From Fimicolochytrium jonesii (lineage: Eukaryota), in contig NW_026515684.1 in assembly GCF_025526975.1 (NCBI RefSeq), positions 186,001 to 250,000 on the forward strand: 64,000 nucleotides of DNA, read 5' to 3'. The notes beneath the pieces were generated by a model. That model saw only the letters and a list, made by a program, of their open reading frames with translations. It did not search any database and was not told the DNA's origin. The position numbers and the translations under genes are program-made. The first letter of the stretch is position 1. Every line of letters begins with the position of its first letter. Positions 1-11,500 of this stretch are shown here, piece after piece.

Positions 1-243
1 CGGACTCTTGCTCGCCCAATCACAATGCTCCTCCTTCGCCTCCTTCGCCTTATCGGCCTCCTCTTCCGGGTATGGTTTGTGACCGCAGACCCAGGCTGCT
101 CGCCGTTGTTCCCAGAATGACAGACCGGGATTGGTTATGTTGCTGGTTTCGGGTGATGGGCCGGGTGGAGGTTGGGGAGACTCGGAGGTGGTGGAGAGGC
201 CGTCTATGGACTGGGGTGGTTTTTCGTCGTCTGTTGGTGCCAT
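1..243 (-). CDS. 5' part of a DUF4050 / Gag1-like clamp family protein (runs off left edge)
   Basis: ATG at 243 (AAAATGG context), open to the window edge: MAPTDDEKPPQSIDG...NPGLSFWEQRRAAWVCGHKPYPEEEADKAKEAKEEH. NxGLxxWxxxRxxW matches my recollection of the DUF4050 motif. Not in ORF track because there is no stop inside the window. Confidence 0.6.
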   Translation of the reverse strand, partial: MAPTDDEKPPQSIDGLSTTSESPQPPPGPSPETSNITNPGLSFWEQRRAAWVCGHKPYPEEEADKAKEAKEEHCDWASKSP

Positions 244-767
244 TTTCGTGGGATGTTGGTTTCTAATTTCGCAGTTAGGGCGGACGCCGGGGCGAACTTA
301 GTGGCCCCAGACAGTGTGTGGGATGAGGACCGCCGTTCGGTAGAGGTAAATTGGCGTGTGAGCACGAGCCTTTAGGGGTTGTTGAGAACTGGAGAGTGTT
401 GAGCCCTTGCGAGGGTTTTTGGCGGCGCGCCAGAGCACGAGGGGCCGTCGCTCAAGTTGGATTTCTCAAGTTCGTTCGATTTGATTTGATTCGGGGCATG
501 TGGCCCACCTTGATCTTCTGGATCTCAACTTGCTCAGACAAACAAACCAACCAACCAACTTGAAGACGTTTTATATGGGTCGCTTTTCACTGGTTTTTTG
601 CAGAAAAGTAGATGGTTTTATTGTTGATGAATTATGTGCCCCAAGTGTAGGATGACTTTGAGCGGATCTTCAGATCCAGGTTCGAGCGGCAGAGGCGCCT
701 TTCATTTCAGAGACTCAAATATATAGGAGGCTCCAAGATCTTCGCAAAAGGCAAACAGGCAGCTACC

Positions 768-1229
768 ATGCCAGTGCCGAGGGGTAACGTCTCGGCCTTC
801 GCCAACCATAACTCGGCGACGACGGCGGAGGCGTTTGAGAAGCTCGTAGCGACGTGCAGCGCATGTGAGGGCGGGGTAGAACTCACCCCACAACAATGTG
901 AAATATACTTTCATTCGCTCTTCGGACGTGGTTCAGCGCCTTCCTTTGGTGTGAGTTTTGATCTACTGTACCTCCGCGTGAATCCTGCTTATAATAAGGC
1001 GCTATTTAAAGCACAGGGTGAAGTCCTGTCTCTTGAATTCACGCGAGATGTCCTAGCGAAGGACACAACGCTTGACCGGCAACATCTCAAGAAGGTGGCA
1101 GAGGGTTATATAAAAAGAGGTGAGAAGTTGAACCGATGGATCGAGATCCTCATAGACGAGGCGAAGGAAATGTCATTACAACTAGTGCAGGTAATCAAGC
1201 TCGAAGAGGACTGGAAGAGGACCCGCTAG
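768..1229 (+). CDS. Hypothetical helical protein, possibly degraded
   Basis: 153-aa ATG ORF with helical C-half; possible intron (GTGAGT ~951 to CACAG ~1016). Protein-like reading continues past the TAG. No family recognised. Confidence 0.3.
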   Translation: MPVPRGNVSAFANHNSATTAEAFEKLVATCSACEGGVELTPQQCEIYFHSLFGRGSAPSFGVSFDLLYLRVNPAYNKALFKAQGEVLSLEFTRDVLAKDTTLDRQHLKKVAEGYIKRGEKLNRWIEILIDEAKEMSLQLVQVIKLEEDWKRTR

Positions 1230-1896
1230 CGACGACGGCGCCAGAAGCAGAAACACCGAGATATGCGTTGCATCGAGAAGACGTGTTTCGCTCTTTTCCT
1301 ACTCGACGAATTGGGTACAAAGCTCCCGGGTGTAGGCTGCACAGAGTCGCGAGTTATCGACAAACGTTGATCGTGGAAAGCCTCAAACGGAGTCGTACCC
1401 GCCGAGGCTCTTCTCAGCGTGAGTCCGATTGATAGATTTGAGCATGACGGTGCTGCCGGCGACGGTTCAGCACCGGCAGCACCGTCCACAGCCTCGATCT
1501 CGAGTCGTATCCGCTATGAGATCGCTTGGATACCTGCAGGGAGCTTCTGTACTCGCTTGCTATGAATGACCGTCATTGGTTGGTTATTGACGAGATCGTC
1601 CATGTGTTTGTTGAATGCTGCGAACTTTGTATATCTCGGATCTGACCTCCTCAACTTACTGTATTGGCCATAATTGATAAGATCTAAAGCAGATTCTAAA
1701 CACCTAGGGCTATTTGCATATGTTCCGCGTTGAGGACGGGATGAGCTGCGTCATATGGAGAAACATCTATGGAATCCTGAGAGCATGTAGTGATAGCTGT
1801 CGGTGTACTGAGAGACGTGAAAGCGACGCATTGACCACTAGCAGATATCAAAGGAGTCCCTATGTTCTATTCTATCACCACTAATCAGGCAGATGC

Positions 1897-2308
1897 TTAT
1901 TTCCAATGTTGGCACATATAGGCAATGTATCCCGTGGCCTTGCCAGAAGGAAGGGTGTAGGTGACCTTGGTCCTGTAACAGGTAAACAACAAGAGGGATT
2001 CAGCATCGAAGTATTGCATAGCGTCGCAAAATCGATCTGCCCTTATCTTCCGTGGTATTGTCAGCTTACCAAGATGTACCACCTGTAACACCGCAACCGT
2101 CATAGGAGCCGCCCGCGACGAGCTCGCAGTTACCCCCGGCGCAAGGAACGCATTTGTTCTTTTGCAAAAGCCCGAGGACCTTGGTGGAGGACTTGGTGTT
2201 GGGAGCAGCGCGGATCTTGACGTTGTCAAAATTGGAGCATGATTTGGTCGATGCGGCGGACGCTCCGGCAGCAAGGGTGGCGAGGGCCAAGAGACTAGCG
2301 ATCTTCAT
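1897..2308 (-). CDS. Small secreted Cys-rich protein with bacterial SH3b (SH3_3)-like domain, 2 exons
   Basis: Exons 2308-2070 and 1972-1897, intron GTAAGC...TTACAG (97 nt). Spliced: MKIASLLALATLAAGASAASTKSCSNFDNVKIRAAPNTKSSTKVLGLLQKNKCVPCAGGNCELVAGGSYDGCGVTGGTSWTKVTYTLPSGKATGYIAYMCQHWK. Signal peptide, then NVxIRxxP...VLGxL...WxKVxY...GYI pattern typical of SH3b. Confidence 0.7.
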
Positions 2309-2527
2309 TTTGGACTGAGAGATGAGATTGTTGGGCAGAAATCGATGGGAGGATGTCGGGGCCTGCTAACCCGTCCCTCCTTTTATGTTGCGCTGGGACG
2401 CTCTTGCATTGTGCGTTTATGATGTGGTTGCCCGCCGCGAAAGCAAGTGTAATAAAAGTTGGCTCGTAAAACGCGCACAAGGGCCCTCATGAGGGAGAAG
2501 CCTCAGGTGGATCCCTTAGCCTAGCCG

Positions 2528-2598
2528 CCTGTAACACCGCAACCGTCATACGAGCTCGCAGTTACCCCCGGCGCAAGGAACGCATTTGTTCTTTTGCA
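2528..2598. repeat. Direct partial duplicate of 2082-2166 with a 14-nt internal deletion
   Basis: cctgtaacaccgcaaccgtcata[ggagccgcccgcga missing]cgagctcgcagttacccccggcgcaaggaacgcatttgttcttttgca, otherwise identical to exon 1 of the SH3b gene. Confidence 0.95.
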
Positions 2599-2905
2599 CA
2601 CCAATACTCCATATCCGTTGTAACAGTCATCCCAAGGCCCACAGGAGAGAGTGCCGACTGCCTCCAGAGATTACATAACACACCGCCGTCTAACGGGAGC
2701 GATGTGAAACCTGCTAAGGGATCAGGAAACGTTCTGCCGGGGCCTTTGAGCCCACCATAGAGGACCATGTGCTCCCACACCTTAATTCCAAAAAGAAAAC
2801 TATTACATCGATGTGCAGGTCCCGATCTCCAATCCCTCCCAGAATCCCTCCCCATCAAAATCAATTCACATCCTTTCCTCTCTCAATCTGTGCATCAACC
2901 CCACC

Positions 2906-3783
2906 TCAGTCTCTGAAGGCAGTCGGCACTCTCTCCTCACTGAAATGAGCGCGGTCATGTGGCGTCAGAGCCAGGTACTTTCCTCCGTTCTCGAAATCGT
3001 CCAGGTTGCGCACTTCATGGAGACTCTGGTCATCGAGCAGCTTGGGCAAGCCTGGAGGGATCAGCGTTGCTGTGTGTTCCTTGAGCTGTGGTGGACGACA
3101 TAGTGGTTTGGTAATGGTGGCTACCATGCTTATTTCAGAAGGAAGGAATTTTCACATACCTTATCCATGCTCGAGTACGTCTTGTTCAGCACCAGATCCT
3201 CGCCCGTCGAGTGCTTCTCAGCGTACTCGTAGATTTTGATCTTGCGCGCCGTGACGCCGATGTCGGACTCGCAAGACCGTGAGCACACGATGGGCTTCTC
3301 GTTCTGGAAGAAATTGAAGAACAGAAGAGTGTTATGATCAGGATGCGTGCAATTTAGTAGTGTGATTGGATGCGGGCGATAACATACATCGATACGCTCC
3401 CTCAAATCGTTATCACTTCCGTATGGACTGTGCTTACGGTGCGTCGAGGTCGTGTTGCCGTCAAAATCGACCAGGTCTTTCCGGCCTACGATGCGAATCA
3501 GTCGTTAGTACAACGTGGATGCGTGGGAGGATGCATGCCAAACGCGAGGTACATACCGGCCATACCACGACCATGCCCCTCCTCATCGAAGCGCTGCTTG
3601 TGGGTACCCTGTTGACAGCATGCATCTGTCAGTAATCAAGACTTGGAAGATATCTACTCGAACTCAGCACCCATTCATCTCGCGCAATCTTTGCGCGCAC
3701 ATTACATCCTACCATCCTTTCGGGTCCGTCAAGCGGGCAGTGATTTCGGCGGCTTTAGGGGAAAGCAAGTTATCGGAACTCAT
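2906..3783 (-). CDS. Apicortin (partial p25alpha/TPPP + DCX domain); first splice junction unresolved
   Basis: Exons 3783-3713, 3608-3557, 3485-3388, 3303-3160, 3085-2906 give MSSDNLLSPKAAEITARLTDPKG..GTHKQRFDEEGHGRGMAGRKDL (p25alpha RLTD...GxHKxRFD..GxGxGxxGR) and KIKIYEYAEKHSTGEDLVLNKTYSSMDKLKE...VRNLDDFENGGKYLA (DCX). Introns 2-4 are canonical and in phase. Confidence 0.85.
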
Positions 3784-4584
3784 GCTTGATCAGGATGTAC
3801 TGGTGAAATCGTTGAATGAATGTGTGGATTTCTGGACGGTGTTTTGATGGTGCATATGGTATGCAACTTTCTGGTTGTTTGTGAAAACGACGCTTGGCCA
3901 GCTTCGCCTCCAGGCGCTCAACCCTCTCCTTAGCCTCCTTCGCCTCCTTCGCCGTCTTCTTGAACTGCTTGATCTGATTCTCCGTCTCCTCCTCCTCCTC
4001 CTCCTTTACCCTCTCCTTTTCCTTCTCCCCCACGTGCTGCATCTTCTCCAGCGCTTTGAGCGCGTATTCGATGGCGGCGTCGGTGTCTCGGAACGACTGA
4101 GCGTGTAGGGCCGAGGCCCTTGGGAGGGTGGACGGATGGACTGTGGGGGACAATGGAGAGAGGTTTACCTGTAGAGAGTTGCCTGTGGCCGGCCGGACAG
4201 GTTCGGGTAGTTGCGTTGGGAAGTGAAAGCTTTTGGCTCTCTGGAGGGGGGCGTTGTGAGATGCAGTCCCAAACACGCGACGCGTTGTTCATCAGAATCA
4301 TCACTGATGAGTGACTGACGAGGGCGCAGGCCGTCCCAACTAACACCAACTACAGTACTACTATGTATGATTCTCTGCATCGGACCGCCCGCGCGTTGGT
4401 TGGGTGGTAGACCGCAAGACTCTGACTCTGACCGCTTCTTAACGCCGCCCTACCGCCCTCATCGTAATACGCACTGTGTACCCTACAGTACGTTCCGCCA
4501 GCTGCGAGACAAACCTCGTTTCGTCCAGAACCCTACCGCGACAGCTGTCACAGTATCGCCGTGCCCTAAATACAGTCTCATAAG

Positions 4585-7500
4585 ATGGTGGTAGCCGCAG
4601 ACCCTTCAGTCCTGCGAGGTATGTAGTGCTGTATGCCAACTAGTTGAAGGCCCTGCCCAGTAACTGACTGACACCTCCTTCTCACGCTGCCTCTGTCCCC
4701 AGGTGTGCCGGAGTTCTTTGAGAATGAAGTCGCAGAAAGCTTAGCCGCTCGGACAGAGTCGCTAGGTAAGGGGCCTCATAACTGACACTTCAACGAATGA
4801 CGAATGACATTCCCACGATCTCCCCCATCATCACTAACGGTTTTCTGTTCTGAACCAGCGACCTTTCGCGAGCTGGGTCCTCCGGATCTATGCCATATCA
4901 TCAAGACGAATCCAAAGACGCAGGTGAAAGATGTATGTTCGAGCTATATCACGCGAACGACGCGAGCCGCGAGCAGACCGAGCCATATTGCGCCAAAGGC
5001 GCAAGACTCCCGTTCCCGCATATCTTAGCGAGCTTCAGCGAACGGAGCGGGCAGCACATTGCGCCAAAGGCGCAGGATTCCCCTCACCCACGTGCTTGTT
5101 GATGGGTGGTTGATGTTTGATGTTCGATGGTTAGTGGCTGATACGCGTGCACCTTTACAGATTGGATCCTATCACTATGTACTTGGGACAGATGCAAGGT
5201 ACGAGGGGACAAGGCGCTTCTTTGATTGTCGGGATGGCAGTATATGTCGTATGTCCCCTCATGTCCTCTCGCAGCTCGTCAGCAACGCTCGCCGCGTATC
5301 TGAATTCGCTCACGTATTCGATGGGATCTGTTGGGGGAAAGCCAAACACATGGAAGATTCGTTCCGGCACATATTGCTGCTACAATGCCTTCTCCCGTGT
5401 GGACGTACGAGTTGAAGTCCGGATTCCGGGAGGAGTTGATGCATATGCGATCGACGTGCGCGGGGACAGGTGCGCTTGTGAATGAGGATCAGTTAGATGT
5501 GAACTGTGGGATTGTCGGCTGACGCCCATGCTCTGGCAACAGGCACTCCATCGACAACGCCGCGATGTGGCAAGAAACGCACGTGTCAGCTGTCTTGCGT
5601 GCGATCTTAGATGACAATGACGAAGCGGATGGGAATGATGGCGAACCAATTTTGGGGTTGCGGAAGTTTGATGCGCTGCCGACACTAGCTGCCGAGAAGA
5701 GGTTTCTGGAAGCCGCTTCTGGAGAGTTTTGGAAAGGTGCGAAATGGATGACCTTCAGCAAACATTCCGATCGATTCCGAAGGCAGCCTCTGACTCGAGT
5801 TTCCCAGGCTGGCAGCTCGGCACCGACCCTGAAGTTCAGAACGCAACATTTTGGAGCAATCACCTCACCAATGGCGTGTCGGATTACTTCAAGGAGGCAG
5901 GGAGGACGGGTGAAGGGGCAAAGTTCTTTCAGCCGTTGTATGAGAAGGATGCGGAAGTGGGGGCTGTTCTAGCGCGGTCGTACCTTGACACAGGTATCCA
6001 TCAAACTTATGCACGGCCGATATCAGGATTCATGGTAACCGTTGGATGTCTGCAGACGAGGAGATTCATGCAGTAGAAGTGCTGCACAAAGCTCTGAAAC
6101 GACACCCAACCTCACACGGCCTGTTACTGGTTCAGACCGACTTCCTCAGGAAAAAGGTACAATCCCACTGGAGCGACGCTCTCGACGGGCGACGCGACTT
6201 CTGACATTTTTCTGCAGAAAAAGCTCGACATGGCTTTGAAACTTGCCAAGCTCGGTGTAACTTACGCGCCAACAGAGTTTGCGCCGTGGCACAAACTCAC
6301 AGAGGTTTATATCGATATGGGAGATTTTCAATCGGTACGGTTCAACCTTACCGCTTCAGACCCCACGTGCTTCTTTCCGATGCTTATGTTCCCACGCAGG
6401 CCCTTTTATCATTGAATGCCTGCCCGATGTTTTCATATTGCGAGAAAGACGCACACCGCATGCCGGCGCCTGCCAGGACGCATCTGCCTCTCAAACCCGA
6501 TCCATCAACCCTGAAGGCGAACGAAGACCCGAAGAACGCTCCCGTAGGCAACGGCACCATCTACGATGAGAATGACCCTCGGGAAGACGAGGTGGGTTGA
6601 AATGAGGGATTGCACTGTAATATAGTCTGCTCAAACCGTTGGCCATACAGATCCATCCCGAATTAAAACGGCTATCGTACCTATCACTCCGAGGAACGTT
6701 CAGCAAAGCATATTCCCTGCTGGTCCGCATCGCCTCCAACGTCGGATGGGACGAGCTGCTCCGGCACCGGTCAGAGGTATTCGTCATGGAAGAGGAATAC
6801 AGGATACATCGTGCCCTGCAAGAAGAGCAGGACAAGACGACGGACTTGGAACGGACAGAAGGAGGAGGACAAGCGGCGGACAGTCCGTCAGTGAATCATG
6901 AGAACGGGACCAAGGAGAAAGACCACGCGCAGGATGAAATAGAAAGTGATGGGCAGATGGAGGCTGTGGATTTGGAAAACGAGGCGGGGCCAGAAGGGGA
7001 GCCTGCGAAGCCCACTGAGGCCGCGGAGAAGCCCGTGGTACCGGAAGGCGATAAGAAGAAACGGTTGAGCATTGATGAGTTGATGCGTAAGGCCGGTGGG
7101 GACAGCCATAATGAGTCTACGAAGAATGATAGCCCTGGCGTGGTGCCGGTAAGCCCCAGGAACTTACACCCGAGTGGGTATGACTGTTGCGACCACTGTG
7201 GCTCGCTTACGCTTTCTCTTCCCCTTCTTGCGCGTGTAGAACCCACGAGGCCCACGGCGGAGTGTGTCCTTCGGATTTAAGAATAAGAGGCTATGCGAGA
7301 AATGGCTGGACAACCAATTCCTGATCTTGTATCAGGACATTCGATTGTACTCGCTGCTGAAGCAGGTTAGTGATCACGTTCCGGGTGCAGTTTCGAAATC
7401 TCACAGCTTTCGTTTACACTGAACCTTTTTGCGTATCAGGAAATGGCACAGTTCAAAAACCAAACAGGCAACGCCCTGATATACCGCAAAACAGGCGCAG

Positions 7501-8106
7501 AATGGGAGGTGTACGGCGACCTTGCATTGCGGTTAGAGCATCCAGTAAGAGTCCCAACCCGCACCTCAGCCCATATCCCTACATCATTGCAATCTCATAT
7601 TCCACCGAACAGGACGACGCAAAAGAAGCCTACAAGCTTTGCCTCAGCCAAAAGTTCTCGATAAAATCATGGCTGCGGCTGCTCGACATGTATGCGGAGG
7701 AAGGCAACATCACCGAGACGCTCAAGGCCGTGGCGAAGCTGGTTGCGGTGCTTGATCGGGCGTTTGTTGAGACTACGGTATGCACGTCCTTGACTTTCCC
7801 ATCTTCACTCTTTGGGCGATAGCGATCTAACGAGAGGTTGTATTTGCTGTTGTGGATGACAGTATCCAGGACCTATTGCACGGAATCTGTTCAAACTGAT
7901 CGGCAAACACGGTCTTGCGAAAGTGCAGAACGCTCTGATATCGATGAACTTGCCGCAACAGGAGTATCGGTTGATCACGTAAGTCAATCCTGGTGTTGCC
8001 TCTTCTTTTATGCACTGGCGATCATTGTATCTGACTTTGCGTTTCCTCTCTTAGACGGTACTTTGAATATGCTGAGCTGTTCAGTGTGGTCGGATCGAAG
8101 TGGTAG
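4585..8106 (+). CDS. Exomer cargo adaptor, ChAPs family (Bch1/Chs6/Bud7-like), multi-exon
   Basis: VPEFFE...ARTESL; FRELGPPDLCH; GSYHYVLG; GTYCCYNAFSRVDVRVEVRIPGGV; WQETHVSAVLR; ALLSLNACPMF; VGWDELLRHRSEVFVMEEEYR; KRLCEKWLDN; EWEVYGDLALRL. Ends VVGSKW*. Confidence 0.92.
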
Positions 8107-8502
8107 TTTCGCATGCTCGGGCATTATCCCGCGACATACAAAAGTTTGACGGTTGTGTGCGTGTGCTATTGTATTTAGCGAGGGACTGGAATCCTCTGTT
8201 CATTATCAAATGCGCATGGACTTCGAAGCAGCGATCCCACACGACATGTAAAGATGTAGATATGGGATCACAGAAAATGTTATACATACAACAAAATTGT
8301 TTGCTCGCCCGTGTACAGAAAAACGTGGCAAATGCAGAAAAGTGCGCTAGAATGACTCGTGTGTGAATACACGGACCCCGTTCTCCGACCAACATCAGGG
8401 CTTCAGTTTGGTTTCCCCATCCCGACGAGAAAGTATAACTTATGACTAGGGGGAGAAAAACTTTGGTGGAGTTGGGGATACTTTGGTGATTTTTCGGCGG
8501 AT

Positions 8503-11500
8503 TTAACGGCCGGAGCTACGACGGCGACGATCGTCCCTGTCGCGGTGGTGGGGACGTTCGCGCGGGCTTTCTCGGAGACGCTTGTTAGGGCCGGATCCAG
8601 GCCTGTAGGAATCAATTCCACCGGGAGGAGGAGGTGGGTCTACGTAAAAGAGTGTCATTCATCAGTACCTTGAGACTCTTACACAAAGAAGGGCGACAAT
8701 AATCTGCTGCAAGAATATTTTCGGTGCTCACCATCTTCTGCATGCCTTTTCCGACTGCTGCTTTGAGCCGATGAACTGCCGCCGCCCGCTGCCGGTGGAT
8801 CTTCGGTCGTATCCTCGCGGCGCGACCGCTTCGCTTCCCGATCCTCCTTATCTCCGCGGTCACGCTTTCGTTCTCTCTTGTCATCCACCGTAGAATCCTC
8901 CTAGTGGATAAAATTATAACGCAGCTGTCGTGAGCTTTCCATGTTTGTGAAGCGAAATCCATTTGCGGGCATGCTTACCCTTTCCTTCCTCTTTCGGTCG
9001 CGATCGCGATCCTTATCCTTACGATCCCGATCCCGATCTTTGCTCCGGTCCTTGTCTCTCTCCCGACCATTGCTACCCCGCTTCTCGTCTTTCCGGGGGT
9101 CGCGATCCTTCATAACCACCGACAACAAGCTCTCCGGCTCCCCAGTTCCGTCGCGGCCCTTCGATTTGCTACGGGCATCCCTAGCGGCCTCGTGGTCTTT
9201 CTCCTTCTCGTCCCTGCTAGGCCCCGAAGCCTCGTCGCGTTTGCTACCCAGGCGATCCAGAACGCTGGAACTCGGGCGATCGGTCTTCTCGCTCACTTTT
9301 GGTGTTCCGGACGAAGGAACAGAGGAGGACGCAGCCTTCGTGGACGAGGGTAACGGGCTGCTTCCATCACGTCGAGGCTGATTGATTCCCGAAGCGCGCG
9401 GAGGCGGACGTGCGGGTAGCGACGGGTGCAAGATGGGGTATTCCTTCACTTTGACGCCATTATCTCGCGATCGACGCGGCTCACGAGAATCATGCGCGCT
9501 GTCGTCGCGGTCGAGTTCCACGCGCCTGATTTCTCCCACTTCCGTCTTGTCATCGCGCGGCGGGCTTTTGGTCACCACCTTGATTTCAGGGGGCGGTCGC
9601 TCCTTGGGTTCGGCAACCTTGGCCACGACCGGGGGTGCCGGCGCTTTTACTTCCGACGGGGGATTGACCTTCGGCTTGGACTCCTGGGGTTCACGATCCT
9701 CGTCGCGTTTGATCGGCACCTCACGTTTGACCGGTTCCTCACGTTTGATGGGCACCTGAGGGGTCTGCGGCTTCTCCAGGACCTCTCGTAAAGGGGCACG
9801 AGGAGCTTCTCGCGGAGTAGACGGCGCGGGGCGTTCCCTAACCAACGCAACCGGGGTAGGCTTCATAGAAAGCGCGGAGGGTACAAATGGAGCTGCAGCA
9901 GGGTTTAGCTTGCGATCAGCGCCTTTACAGAAGTCTTGATGGTTGACCCAGGTGCTCGCTTTTGCTCCCATCTTGGCCCCAACACTGCGAGCCAGCTGTT
10001 TAACATCCTCGCGCGGGTCGATTTCGAGAAGTTTCTTGATGTTGAAGTCGATGACGTTGCCTACTTCTTTTGTCGCTGGGAAGTAGTTGTTGACTTTATC
10101 CAGAATGAAAATGGCGTTCCTGATCTGCATGTAATCGGTGCTGGCAACACATGCAGTGATGGCTTTACTAAGTTTCAGATGCCATTTTCGAAGGACTTGT
10201 CGAAACTCATCATAATCGATCCAGTCACCGTTCCGGAGATCCAGTTTGCCATTCGGTGCCCCGGGAGGCCATCGTTTCAGGAAACCTGGTAGCTTCTCTC
10301 CAATAGCCTCCTTTTGGAACAACGCCTTGTCGTTATGCCACGACGAAAGCGACGCGAAGACAACGGCCAAGAAGAGACCGTAGTTCTTGGCCTCGTCTTC
10401 CGTGCCAGAAAACATGTCCGCATGGAGAACGTCTTTGGCAAACACCTTTGTCGAACATGTCAGTTTCAAATCATGGGAGAGAATGTGTTCGGTCCGAATT
10501 ACCTTGTCATATAGAGTGACGGTAGGGATAGAGGGAGTGCCAAGCTTATGCATCAGCAACACAAACTTCGCACAGAAAACTGCGTCTGCGGCAGATTGTG
10601 TGCACCGCGGCTGGATGCAGTATTGAATGACCGCCTGCGTGGTGTCATTCCGATTGACGCCTTCAAATGATAGTTAGAAAGAACAAGAACACTGTTGTGT
10701 GGAGACGCGAACGCCACTCCTTGACACTCACTGTTTTCAAACCAGAAGACGCTCTCAGCTTCCAGCCGTGTGATAACCTTCTTATGATGTTTCTGATGCG
10801 CGAGTTGATCGGCCTCCAGCGCATTCTTCGTAGTATGACAACGGTCGATGTCCTTCTTCAGCTTCTTTGCCTCATCTTCCTGGCTCGAGCTGAGCTGTTT
10901 GACCTTTAACTCCAATGCTTTCGCTCTGTCACGCTGTTTCGCGATCTCGGCGTCGTAGCGTGCGTCAGGAACGAAGATGTCAAACAGACTCAACTGCCAG
11001 AATGTGACGTAAAAGGCGGGACTCATGGGACGCCAAACAGACGCGGGGAGCATGGGGACGACTGATCGGATGGTGTCATGCAGTCCCAGTTGCCAGACTG
11101 GATTGCCAAAGTCGACGTTCGCGGCGGTGCGACGTAAGACATCTTCAACATTCGGCTCGTTGCCTTTCATGATCTTGGAGGCAGGGTCCACTTGCTCATT
11201 ATCCTTTTCGGTTTGCCGCGGCTCGTCCACTTGCATCGCGTTGGGGTCTCGTGGAGGTTCGGGCCGCGTTTCTCCCGCCTCGGGATACTAAATCACATAG
11301 AAGACCGTTGGAGGAGGTATGGCGCAGCGGAAGACCCCGACAATCCGTACCTTCACATATTGTGCCAGCTTCTGTCGAGCCAAAAGGAAAGCTTGCTCGG
11401 GTTCCAAACCATAATCGTTCACCAACACGCCGACGTCAGGCATGGCCTGAACGAACATATCCGGGGGACAAGTCACTGATAGGAATTCCAGCATCTGCAG

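Noticed and set aside
2600..4300. Possible degraded transposase or Fanzor/TnpB (known from chytrids)
   Set aside because: No RuvC or DDE motifs and no terminal repeats seen; the fragments resolve into apicortin exons.
5994..6056. GTATCCAT donor as a U12 intron
   Set aside because: Deviates from RTATCCTT and has no TCCTTAAC branch site.
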